The notes beneath the pieces are model-generated. The model was not told the origin of the DNA, did no database searches, and saw nothing but the letters and a program-made list of their open reading frames with translations. 64,000 bases of DNA from Nitrospirota bacterium (GTDB lineage Bacteria; Nitrospirota; JACRHJ01), in NCBI GenBank assembly GCA_963733375.1, contig CAVTDB010000009.1, positions 96,001 to 160,000 on the forward strand. The letters are read 5' to 3'. Of this stretch, positions 10,391 to 21,097 are shown piece after piece. Position 1 is the first letter of the stretch. Every line of letters begins with the position of its first letter. The position numbers were made by a program, and so were the translations under genes.

Positions 10391-11405
10391 GTGCGCCTGA
10401 AGTTCTGGATCGGGATATTAATAAGCGCCGGGCTTCTGGCTTTGATGTTCTGGTGGATAGGGTTCGATTTCCGCCGGCTCTGGGACGCCATGCGCGGTAT
10501 CGAGCCGTGGCACCTTGCGGCCGCGACGGTTTTGAACCTGCTGTTCTTTGTCGTCAGGGCCGTCAGGTGGCGCTATCTGATGGACCCGGTAAAAGAACGG
10601 GTAAAAATCTCTCACCTCTACTCGGCCACCATGGTCGGCTTCATGGCGAATAACCTCCTTCCCGCGAGGCTGGGGGAAATAGTAAGGGCATACGTCATAG
10701 GCAGGCGGGAGGATATACCGAAAAGCTCCGCCTTCGCCACTATAGTCGTGGAGAGGGTCTTCGACAGCCTTTGCGTCTTCCTGCTCCTCATAACGGTGCT
10801 GGCCTTCATGCCGGAATCTATTTCCGGGGGTCATTTAGCCGCCACGATACGAAGGACGAGGACAATTTCCCTGGCTGGCGGCGTAGTCCTTTCGTCATTC
10901 ATCGGGGTTTTGATATACAAGCAGGAAGCCTGGAATCAAAATCGCCGGCTCTTTTTTCAGGCCCATATCTCCCAAACTGGCTGACGGTGCGGTGGGGCTT
11001 CTGAACAAATTCGTCTCGGGCCTGAGCGTGATAAAAAAGCCCCGCCTTCTGGCGCCCATCATCTTTTACTCCGCCATCCACTGGGGGTTTCTGTGGGTTC
11101 CTATTTATATAGTCTTCAAAGGCTACGGCCTGAACCTGGGAGTTTACGCCGCCGCATTCATTTTTGTCGTCATAGCGTTCGCCGTGGCCCTGCCGTCCAC
11201 TCCGGGATATATAGGTACTTTTCATGCGGCAGTCGCGGCGGCTTTAATGGTATTTGGAATACATAAGGAACAGGCATTGGCCCTGGCCATCGTCTTGTGG
11301 GCGATTGGTTATTTTCCGGTCACCATCATAGGGCTGTACTGCCTTTCCAGGGAGAACCTCACATTTTCAAGTATTAAGGCCGTCGAAGAAGGTGCAATGA
11401 AATGA
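10391..11405 (+). CDS. Lysylphosphatidylglycerol synthase TM-region / flippase-like membrane protein (frameshifted near 10930-10990)
   Basis: RAVRWRYL, GFMANNLLPARLGEIVRAY, ERVFD and PSTPGYIGTF motifs. Confidence 0.85.
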
Positions 11406-13591
11406 TAGCGGTATTCATATTCTTCGTGTCCATGCTGGTCTATCTGATGACCATCGCGCCGACGCTTTCCTTCTTCGACAGCGGCGAGATGATCGCCGGG
11501 GCGTACACCCTGGGCGTCGCCCACCCGCCGGGCTACCCGGTTTACGTCACTTTAGGGAAGCTCTTCACATATCTGCCCTTCGGAAACGTGGCGTTCCGGG
11601 TAAACCTGATGTCGTCGTTTTTCGCGGCCATGACCTCGGTGATGATCTACTACATCACCCGCGCGATGTTAAACGACAGCGACAACGATAGCTTCGTTTT
11701 ATTCAAGCGGCTGAAATTTTCCGATATCGCCGGCATATTGTCGGCCCTGGCCTTCGCGTTCTCGTACAACCTCTGGGCCTGGGCGGTAGTATCCAAGTTC
11801 TATACCTTAAACGCCTTCGTCGTGGCATGCATCCTGATGCTCCTTATAAGGTGGAGACGCGCCCGCATGGAGGAAGGGAGCAGCGGCGGCAGCCATTCCC
11901 TTGCATACCTCTACACTATCGCGTTCCTTTTTGGAATCGCGGCGGTCGTTCACATATCTCAATTTGTGCTGATACCCGTCTACCTGCTCTATATTCTGAT
12001 AGTTGACGGAAGCGCATTGCTTGGCGTCCCTGAAATAAAAAAATTAATAAAAGAACCTTTAACTTACGTAATCCTTTTCATTTTTATAATCCTGGAACTG
12101 GTTGCTTATTTCAGCCGCAAAACAAGAACCTTCTGATGATAGGCATGGGTTCCTTAGCCCTTATACAGATTCTGGCGTTTGTAGCGTTTTACGAGAGGGA
12201 AAAATTATTAATCCCTGCTTCATTAATTCTTGCTGTAGCAATATCACTTGAAGTCGCTATTTATCATGTCCCTGATGAATTAAATAAAGTACTGATATTA
12301 GGTCCTTTCGCGCTCCTGACGGCATATCTTTTCATAAGGGAGACGATTAAATTTAAAGTAGTGGCGATAATGACCTTCTTCTTCTTGCTGGGGCATTCCA
12401 TCTACATGCACGTGCCTCTCAGGGCGGCGCAGGAGCCGCTGATAAACTGGGGGAGGCTTCCAACTGGACCCAGTTTAAATGGGTCTATAACCGCGAAGGC
12501 TATCCCACGGTCGGCGGCGAAAGAAGCTGGGGCCTCCTCTGGAAGCAGATGCAGAGTTTTAACCTCGTCCGGGAGTTTACCTGGGCCGGCATCCCGATTA
12601 TGCTTTATGGGCTTATGGGGACATTTCAAGAAGGACTGGCGGCATTTTACAATCCTCGTTTTCGGCTCCCTATGCCTGATCGCCGCCATTATCATAGGCG
12701 GGAATCCGCCCGAGGAGAACATATTCCTCCTGCAGCAGTTCTATATACCCGTCTATATCTTCCTGTGCATCATCATGGGCGGGACTATATACGTCGCCCT
12801 GAAGGTCCGGCCAAAAAATATAATAATCGCCACGATCGTACTGCTTGTCGTCATTGCCTATCCCGCCTCCGAGCTGAAGGCGCATTACTGGATGAACAAC
12901 AGGAGCAACAACTTCATCGCGTATGATATGGGCAACGCCGAACTTACCTTCTCACCGCAGTTCGCCGTGCTCTTCACCTGGGGCGATTCCGGCGCGTTCC
13001 CGATGTGGTATCTGCAGGACGTGGAGAAAAAGCGCCCCGACGTCCTGCTCGTGCATACTCCGCACCTGCCCCTTGCATGGTTCCTGAACAGCATAAGCCG
13101 CGAACCCGGCCAGCTTGGGGATATCTCGCAGATAAAAGATTACCGGTGGCTGCGCAACTACAACGGGTTAAAAGGGATTCCGCAGTTTTTGTCCATGCCG
13201 GAGGAACTCCGTGACCCGGCGGCGCTCATAAAGCAGATAACCATCCTGAACCCGGAAAGGCAGTTCTGTTTCGACTACTCCTCCCGCTATTCCGTGGATA
13301 TGCCGTTCGACACGGTCCCGTACGCGATAACCTACCAGAAGTTCCGGAAGGACTTCGTCGATACGAACCAGAGAGAGTGGTCGTACCTGGTCACGCGGGG
13401 GCTCCCGGACCCGACGATATTCCTGGACTCGGACGAGACAAAGGCGGCGTCCATTTACGGCTACGTCCATGCCGACCTGGGAAAGAAATATCTGGAAATG
13501 GGGCGTCCCGCGATAGCGCGGCCGGAGTTTATCCAGGCGGTCCAGTACGCGCCGGAGTTATGGGGGTACCCTGTCCCGTTACATCAAGTAA
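11402..13591 (+). CDS. DUF2723 / TMEM260-like GT-C glycosyltransferase with C-terminal TPR-like helix (several frameshifts)
   Basis: DSGE...LGVAHPPGYP, RVNLMSS, PLRA...INWG, GD...FPMWYLQ.VE..RPDV motifs; probable stop TAA at 13589-13591. Confidence 0.85.
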
Positions 13592-13594
13592 ATC

Positions 13595-13623
13595 TTGACA
13601 ATATTATTTATAAACATTATTAT
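13595..13623 (+). promoter_or_regulatory. Sigma70-like promoter for the ANTAR regulator gene
   Basis: TTGACA-N17-TATTAT. Confidence 0.65.
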
Positions 13624-13647
13624 GAGATGTACTTTTTGCAGGTGCAG

Positions 13648-14223
13648 ATGAAGCGAAGTTTTCTTATAATCGGCAGTCCGGCGCGGTGCCGGAAGATTGC
13701 GGGACTGCTGAAAAAAGAAGGGTATACAAAGCTCTTTTCCGCCCATGACTTACCCGGAGCATTGTCGGCCGCATCTGAGACCGAACCCGATGTAGTCGTG
13801 CTGGACGGACAAGGCCTGGCATCGGGAGAGCCGCTCATGATTGTGGACAGGCTCATCTCCGAGCACCCGGCGCCGGTAGTGATGCACTATAATTTTGACC
13901 AGCTTTCCGACGCGGTGCGGGCAGACGGGCTGGGAGTTTCATCCCATTTCTTCGGCCCCTTGACCCGCGAAAACGTGCTTGGCTCAATTGAGCTTGGCAT
14001 ATCGCGTTTCCGGCAGTGCCAGGCCTTAAGGGAAGAGGTCGGGGACTGCAAGGAAGCGCTTCGGGTGCGCAAGATAGTCGAGCGGGCGAAGGGTATCATG
14101 ATGAAGAGGAACTCCTTAAACGAAGAGGAGGCCTTTTTAAGGATACAGAAGCTTTCCAGGGATTCGAATGTCTCCATGGAAAAGATCGCCCAGTCGATAA
14201 TTACGGCGAGCGAAATCATATAG
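13648..14223 (+). CDS. REC-like plus ANTAR RNA-binding antiterminator (NasT/AmiR-like architecture)
   Basis: Receiver-like N-terminus, coiled coil and ANTAR motif RKIVERAKGIMM...EEEAFLRIQKLSRD...MEKIA..I. Confidence 0.9.
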   Translation: MKRSFLIIGSPARCRKIAGLLKKEGYTKLFSAHDLPGALSAASETEPDVVVLDGQGLASGEPLMIVDRLISEHPAPVVMHYNFDQLSDAVRADGLGVSSHFFGPLTRENVLGSIELGISRFRQCQALREEVGDCKEALRVRKIVERAKGIMMKRNSLNEEEAFLRIQKLSRDSNVSMEKIAQSIITASEII

Positions 14224-14230
14224 CTAATAC

Positions 14231-14319
14231 GCCTCTCAAGACGGAGGTACTCGATAGGAAAGGCCGGGAAGCCTTTCTCTTTGGCCCATGAAGGCCCTAG
14301 GGAGAGGCTTTTGTTTTTT
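14231..14319 (+). promoter_or_regulatory. Attenuator-like leader: tandem hexaloop hairpins overlapping an intrinsic terminator (ANTAR-target-like)
   Basis: CCTCT-CAAGAC-GGAGG, then GGAAAGGC-CGGGAA-GCCTTTCT, whose 3' arm is the 5' arm of terminator AAGCCTTTCTCT...AGGGAGAGGCTT-TTGTTTTTT. Confidence 0.7.
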
Positions 14320-14362
14320 CAGGGATATCTCAAGGTTTTATTCATATGGAAGGAGTATCACG

Positions 14363-14833
14363 ATGTCCGAAGTTGCAAAAATTGCCATAATTGCCTCCAA
14401 GGGAACGCTCGACATGGCGTATCCTCCGCTGATCCTTGCATCCGCGGCGGCGGCCCTCGACATGGAGGCGCAGATATTCTTCACGTTTTACGGGCTGAAT
14501 ATCATCCACAAGCAGAAGATGCACACCATGAAGGTGTTCCCGCACGGCAACGCCGGGATGCCGGGCCTGTTCCAGGGTTTCCTGGGGACCCTGCCGGGCA
14601 TGCCGGCCATGGCCACCATGATGATGAAGGGCATGATGAAGAAGCAGAACGTGATGAGCATACCCAAGCTCATCGAGATATGCCAGATGGCGGAGGTAAG
14701 GATGATCGCGTGTCAGATGACCATCGACCTCTTCGGCATGAAGCAGTCCGATTTCATAGAGGGTACGGAGTTCGGCGGCGCGGCGATGTACCTCGAGTTT
14801 GCGGCAGATTCCCAAATACCGCTTTTTGTGTAG
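14363..14833 (+). CDS. DsrE2-like (DsrE/DsrF/DrsH family) sulfur-relay protein
   Basis: KGTLDMAYPPLILAS.AAA, FFTFYGL and IACQMT.DLFG motifs; AAGGAG SD. Confidence 0.88.
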   Translation: MSEVAKIAIIASKGTLDMAYPPLILASAAAALDMEAQIFFTFYGLNIIHKQKMHTMKVFPHGNAGMPGLFQGFLGTLPGMPAMATMMMKGMMKKQNVMSIPKLIEICQMAEVRMIACQMTIDLFGMKQSDFIEGTEFGGAAMYLEFAADSQIPLFV

Positions 14834-14904
14834 ATGGGCCTGAAAAAAACGCGGGAGTAGCCCGCGACATTTTGACGGCCATAACCGAAGGGAGGGCAGG
14901 TTCT

Positions 14905-16145
14905 ATGAGAAAGCTGTTCGTGTTTGCGGCAGTTCTGGCCGTAGTATGTTTAGCGGTCCCCGCTTTCGCCACTAACGGGGACAACATTATCGGGGTGGGC
15001 GCGATATCCCGCTCCATGGGCGGCGTCGGCGCCGCCGCTCCGCAGGACGCCATCTCGGCCGTCTTCGGCAACCCTGCCGCGATGTGCTATATCCCCTGCG
15101 AGTCGTCCGAGGTTGATTTCGCGGCGACCCTTTTCGTGCCAAAAATCAGTGGACGGATACAAACGCTCGGCGCGGGTGATGTTTCGGCGGATAGCCGGGG
15201 CCTGCCTTACGCTTTCCCGGCCATAGGTATTTACACGCCGATTACCCCGGATTTAAGGTTCGGCCTCGCCGCATACGGCGTCAGCGGCCTGGGCGTGGAC
15301 TACAAGGATACCAACTGAAAGGCGCCTTCGGCTTCCCTGCCGGCCGCCCCGGGCCGATATCAAGACGGACCTCCAGATAATGAAGTTCTCGCCCAACCTG
15401 GCATACAGGATACTCCCGAACTTATCCGTCGGCGCGGCGCTTCAGGTAAACTGGGCCCAGCTTGACCTCTCAGAGGGAAGCGCGCACACCTTCAGCTTCG
15501 GCACCCAGGTAGGCGCCATATACAAGCCCATCGACGCGCTTTCCTTAGGCCTCACCTACCAGAGCCCGCAGAACAACAGGTTCAGAAGGGTGTACAACTT
15601 TGACCAGGCCCTGGGCAGCACCACCTTCGATACCCTGAACCTTGAGCAGCCCCAGCAGGTAGTCCTCGGCGTGGCTTACGACATCATACCGAACAAGCTC
15701 CTGGTCGAGGTCAACGAGAAGTGGATTAACTGGAAAGATGCCGACGGCTACAAGGACTTCGACTGGAGAGACCAGTATGTCACCGCGGTGGGCATCCAGG
15801 GCAGGCCGATAGACTGGCTGGCGCTCCGCGTTGGCTATAACTACGGCAAGAGCCCGGTAAGCGGAGCATAACGGCTGGAACCCTGCGGGGCTTTCGTCCG
15901 TCCAGGGCACCCCTGTCCCGACGGCGCAGTTAGAGGCGTTCAGGGTTATCGGCTTCCCTGCCATCGTGGAGCACCACGTGACGGCGGGCGTCGGCGTGAA
16001 CCTGAGCAAGAAGGTTTCCGTCAACCTGGGCTATATGCACGCCTTCGAGAACACCATCAAGGAGACCTCCGCTTTCGACGCGATAACCTACGAGAGCAAG
16101 CTCCACGAAGACTCTTATGAATTAGGTCTTAATATCATGTTCTAA
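14905..16145 (+). CDS. FadL/OmpP1-family outer-membrane transport protein (frameshifted)
   Basis: Signal peptide followed by ATNG, SRSMGG...NPA, GLGVDY, LRVGYNY; C-terminal Phe. Confidence 0.88.
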
Positions 16146-16221
16146 AGCATTTCATAACGCCCCCTTGTCCCACTCGGGCACCCCTCTGATGGGTCGCATT
16201 AAGAGGGGGGGGCGCTTTACA

Positions 16222-16250
16222 GGAGGGGCGAATAACCCCTCCCTTTTTTT
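16222..16250 (+). terminator. Intrinsic terminator after the FadL-like gene
   Basis: GGAGGGG-loop-CCCTCC followed by a T run. Confidence 0.6.
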
Positions 16251-16273
16251 ATGCCTGAAAGCGCCCAAGTTCC

Positions 16274-16302
16274 TTGACAAACCTACCTCTTGCCATTAAA
16301 TT
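16274..16302 (+). promoter_or_regulatory. Sigma70-like promoter of the nuo operon
   Basis: TTGACA-N17-TAAATT. Confidence 0.55.
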
Positions 16303-16335
16303 TTATAGATATATGCATAACTTACGGGGACGGAT

Positions 16336-16765
16336 ATGTTCTTAGCCGCTATTGCCTTCGCGGCCCGGGGAGAGCTTACGGGCGAGAGGCCTGCGGGGCT
16401 ATCCCAGCTTGCGTCGTTGGGGGTTTACGCCCTGATGGTGCTGGTGATACTGGGAGTCCTGATGTTCCTCACCACATGGCTGGGCGGCAGGAGGCCCAGC
16501 CCGGAGAAGGACATGCCCTACGAGTCCGGCGTCATCCCTACGGGGAGCCGCGCGCCTGAGGCTCCCGGTGCAGTTTTACCTGGTCGCCATATTCTTCATC
16601 ATATTCGACCTTGAAGCGGTATTCGTATATTCCTGGGCGGTCGCATTCGACCTCCTGGGCTGGCCGGGCTTCGCCTATATCGGCTTCTTTATCGGCACCC
16701 TGCTCCTTGGCCTCGTTTACGTCTGGAAAAAGAAAGGACTTCAGTGGGGGCCGAAAGGAAAATAA
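16336..16765 (+). CDS. nuoA: NADH-quinone oxidoreductase subunit A (frameshift near 16560)
   Basis: PYESG and [14 protein letters not shown] motifs. Confidence 0.92.
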
Positions 16766-19274
16766 GGGACGCGTGGAACACAGGCGGCGTGGGCAGCGGG
16801 GGCCTTTCGTCCCGAAGCCGGTCCACCGGCATAGCCGTGGCCTCCATCGAAGACGTCTTAAACTACGGCCTGAACTGGGGCCGGAAGAACAGCCTCTGGC
16901 CCATGTTCTTCGGGCTTTCCTGCTGCTTCGTTGAGTTCGCCAATACCGCCACCCCCCGCTATGACATCGCGCGCTTCGGCGCGGAGGTCCTGCGCGGCTC
17001 GCCCCGCCAGTCGGACGTGATGTTCGTGGCAGGGACCGTATTTAAAAAAATGGCCCCGTCCATACTAAGGCTATACGAGCAGATGGCCGAGCCGCGCTGG
17101 GTAGTCTCGATGGGCTCCTGCTCCAATTCCGGCGGGATGTACGACGTCTACAGCGTGGTCCAGGGGATAAACCAGATACTTCCCGTGGACGCATACATCC
17201 CGGGATGCCCGCCCCGCCCGGAAGAAGTCCTGCAGGCTCTCATCATGCTCCAGGAGAAAATAGCGAGAGAAGAGCGCCCCTTAAGGCCCGTATTTCACAT
17301 GAAAGGCGGGAACCAGGGGACTTCCGGCGCCGCGCTCATCGACGGGGTCACGAAGTCCAGGGACGGCAGAGGCCCCGGATACGAAGGGACGACGCTGCGC
17401 GGGACGGATGTGACCCCGCCAAAGCTCTGGGGGAGCCGCGCGACCCAGATGTGGACGCCGCCCGCCGCGAAAACGCCCCAGCCCGAAAAGATTTCCGCTT
17501 TAGTCGGGACCTTGAAGCAGGAATTCGGCGATGCGGTTACGGAAGACATTTCCGCCGGAGACATGGTAACGGTTAAAATCCCGCCTTCAATTATCCCGGA
17601 CGTGCTGGCCTATCTGAAGAAGAAATCGCCCGTGAAGTTCCAGCGGCTGGAGGATTTAACCGCCGTGGACGAGTCCGCCCGCCGGGACAGGTCAAATTTC
17701 AAGGATTACACACTGGTCCACACGCTGTTCTCCTATGACGTCCCCGGACATATCCGGATAAAATCCGACCTGTCCGGAGAGAGTCCCTCGGTCCCCACCG
17801 TCACCGGCATCTGGCCGTCCGCAAACTGGTACGAGCGGGAGGCGTACGACATGTTCGGGATACGCTTCGACGGCCACCCGTACCTGCGAGCGCATCCTCA
17901 TGCCGGACGACTGGGAGGGCCATCCGCTCAGGAAGTCCCACCCATACCGGGCGACGGAGATGAAGCCGTATACGAGGGACGACGCAGCCAGCCACGAGCC
18001 GCGCGATATTCAGGATTATTTCAGACGGCCCGCCGGCGGCGGGGCGGGCGGGCGGCGGGGCGGGGGGCGCGGGGACAAAAGGGCCGGTGGCATCGGGGCA
18101 AAAGACGACCTGGACGTAGCGTACCTGAACTTCGGCCCGCACCACGTCAGGGACGCATGGGATTATACGATATGTATTGAAGCTCCGGGGCGAGGAGATA
18201 CTGGACATGGCGGTGGACATAGGATACCACCACCGCGCGGCGGAAAAGACGGGAGAGCGGCAGTCCTGGCACCAGTACATCGTCTATACGGACCGGGTTG
18301 AATACTTGATCGGCGCGAACAACAACATGGCCTACCTGGGCGCGGTGGAGAAGCTCCTGGGCGTGAAGGTGCCGGACCGCGCGCAGTACATCCGCGTCAT
18401 GCTCTGCGAGCTTTTCCGTATATCGAGCCATCTCGTATGGCTCGGCACGTTCGCGCAGGATGTCGGCGCAATGGCCCCGGTATTCTATTGCTTCCGGGAC
18501 CGCGAAAAGATAATGGACATCGTGGAGCATATCACCGGCGGCAGGATGCATCCGTCCTGGTTCCGCATAGGCGGGGTCGCGGACGACCTGCCGGATGGCT
18601 GGAAGGTACTCGTCGATGATTTCATCCGCGAGTTTCCATCTAAAATAAACGAGTATTCAAAACTCCTTACCAAGAGCGCGATATTCAAGGCCAGGACAAA
18701 GGGCGTCGGGGGCCTGGACGTGGAACAGGCGATCGACTGGGGGATGACCGGGCCGAACCTTCGGGCTTGCGGCCTGGAATGGGATTTAAGGAAAAAGATG
18801 CCCTATTCCGGCTACGAATCTTTTCAGTTCGATGTCCCCGTCGGCAGTACGGGAGACTGCTACGACCGCTACCTCGTGCGGCTGGAAGAGATGCGGCAGA
18901 GCCTCCGCATAATCGAGCAGGCGGCAAAAGAAATGCCGCCGGGCCGCTGGGTTTCCGAGGACTACCGTTACTGCCTCCCCCAGAAGCGGGACACCTTAAA
19001 CGACATCGAAAGCCTTATACACCATTTCGTGAACGTCACGCGGGGGATAACGCCGCCCAAGGGCGAGGCATATTTCAGCATCGAGTCCCCTAAAGGCGAA
19101 TACGGCTATTACGTCGTCTCGGACGGCCTCAATTATCCATACAGGGTGCGGGTGCGCGCGCCTTCGTTCCCGCACATGCAGATGACGCCGATGCTGTGCC
19201 GCGGCTGGTTCATTTCGGACCTGATAGCGATAGTCGGCGCGCTGGATTACGTCATGGCGGATATAGACAGGTGA
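16744..19274 (+). CDS. nuoBCD: Fused NADH-quinone oxidoreductase subunits B/C/D (frameshifts near 17890 and 18145)
   Basis: Nuo[23 protein letters not shown] in the same frame as Nuo[15 protein letters not shown]; continues GHPLRK...LNFGPHH into NuoD GYHHR...ADIDR with no intergenic space. Confidence 0.88.
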
Positions 19275-19280
19275 TTTTTT

Positions 19281-19747
19281 ATGCTTTCTGAAGAGCGGAT
19301 AAAAGAACTTCGCGAACACGTCTCCTCGCTGGAACATCCGGAGGAGGCGCTGGCGGACCTCATGCACGAGGCCCAGGAAGCCTACGGCTACCTCTCGGAC
19401 GAGGCGGCGGAGACTGTCGCGGATATCGCGGGCGTGCCGGTGATAAAGGTGGACGAGCTTGCGACGTTCTACAACCTTATATTCAGGCGGCCCGTCGGCA
19501 GGAAGGTAATCTTCGTCTGCGACAGCATATCGTGCTGGGTCATGGGGATGGAAAATCTGTTCGACCACTTAAAAAATAGGCTCGGCATCGAACTGGGCGG
19601 CACGACCGGGGACGGGGCATTCACCCTGCTCCCGATATGCTGCCTGGGAGCGTGCCACGTAGCTCCGGCGATGATGGTGGGCGAGACGTTGTACGGAAAC
19701 CTCACGCCGGAAAAATTGACGAAATATTGGAGAGGGAGCGGAAGTAA
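19281..19747 (+). CDS. nuoE: NADH-quinone oxidoreductase subunit E (frameshift near 3' end)
   Basis: ATFY, CDSISC and CCLGAC..AP motifs. Confidence 0.93.
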
Positions 19748-19755
19748 CTCCAATT

Positions 19756-21070
19756 ATGTTTCAGCCTCTACTCACAAAAAATTTTCACCTCGGCCATCCG
19801 GCATCGCTGAAGGAGTACGAGGCCTCCGGAGGATACGAGGGGTTAAGGGCCGCGCTGAAGCTAACGCCTGACGACGTGATAAAAACCGTCATCGACTCCG
19901 GTCTCAGGGGCCGGGGCGGCGCGGGCTTTCCCACCGGAAAGAAGTGGAGCTTAACTGACAGGAAGAGCGCGGGGCAAAGGTATTTCCTGGTCAACGCGGA
20001 CGAGATGGAGCCGGGTACTTTCAAGGACCGCTTCCTGATGGAGAACGACCCGCACCAGTTGATCGAGGGCCTGCTCATCAGCGGCTACGCGACGGAAGCG
20101 GGAAAAGGATACATCTTCATCCGGTATGAATATATCGAGGCCGCGCGCGCGCTCGTTAGTGCAATCGAAGAAGCGAGGGGCGCGGGCTACATCGGGGAGA
20201 ACATTCTGGGGAGCGGCTTTTCCATGGACATAACGGTCCACAGAAGCGCGGGCCGGTACGAGTGCGGCGAGGAGACCGCGCTTATGAACGCGCTCGAAGG
20301 AAAGCGGGCGAACCCCCGCTCCAAGCCCCCCTACCCCGCCTCGAAAGGCTTCTGGATGAAACCGACGACCATAAATAACGTCGAGACCGTCGCCAATATC
20401 CCGCACATAATCAATATGGGCGGCAGCGGCTGGAAGTCGGTTGCGGCATACGACGGCGGGGCCGGGACGAAGCTTTACGGGGTTTCCGGGAGGGTAAAGA
20501 AGCCGGGGCTTTTCGAGCTGCCGACCGGGACGACTCTCAGGGAGATAATCGAGACTCACGCCGGCGGGATGCGGGACGGGTATTCCCTGAAGGCCTGTCT
20601 GCCCGGCGGCGCGTCCACTCCGTTCCTCACGCCGGAGCACCTGGACGTGCGGATGGATTTCGATACGGTGTCCAAAGTCGGCTCCCGCATGGGGACCGGG
20701 TGCGTCACCGTGTTCGACAATACCCACTGCATCGTCCGGGCAATGATCAATAATATGATGTTCTTCGTCCAGCGAATCGTGCGGCTGGTGCACGCCCTGC
20801 CGGGACGGGCTTCCGTTCGTTTATAATATCCTCCAGCGGATAGAGGCCGGAGTGGCGGAGATGGACGAACTGGCCGTGCTGGAGGAGAACTGCGACGTAA
20901 TATATCCGAACTCGTTCTGCGCGTTCGCGCCCGGCGCGGTGGACCCGGTAAAGAGCATGCTGAAGCTGTTCCGGCCAGAAGTTGAGGAGCATATAAAACT
21001 GAAAAGGTGTCCGATGAGCCCTCACCCGCTGCCCCTCTCCCGGAGGCGAGGGGTTAAGGAAGGATTCTGA
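19756..21070 (+). CDS. nuoF: NADH-quinone oxidoreductase subunit F (frameshift near 20770)
   Basis: GLRGRGGAGFPTG, NADEMEPGTFKDR, YECGEETAL and ESCGWCTPCR (shifted frame). Confidence 0.95.
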
Positions 21071-21097
21071 GCTAAGCGAAGAATCTGATTTAAAACT

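Noticed and set aside
12136-14223. 695-aa ORF suggesting a DUF2723-ANTAR fusion
   Set aside because: A one-base shift near 13570 restores YLSRYIK-stop at 13591, and a good sigma70 promoter plus ATG 13648 precede the ANTAR part, so these are two genes.
14281-15318. 345-aa ORF joining the DsrE region to FadL
   Set aside because: The first half is an off-frame shadow of the DsrE2-like gene; FadL starts at 14905 with its own SD and signal peptide.
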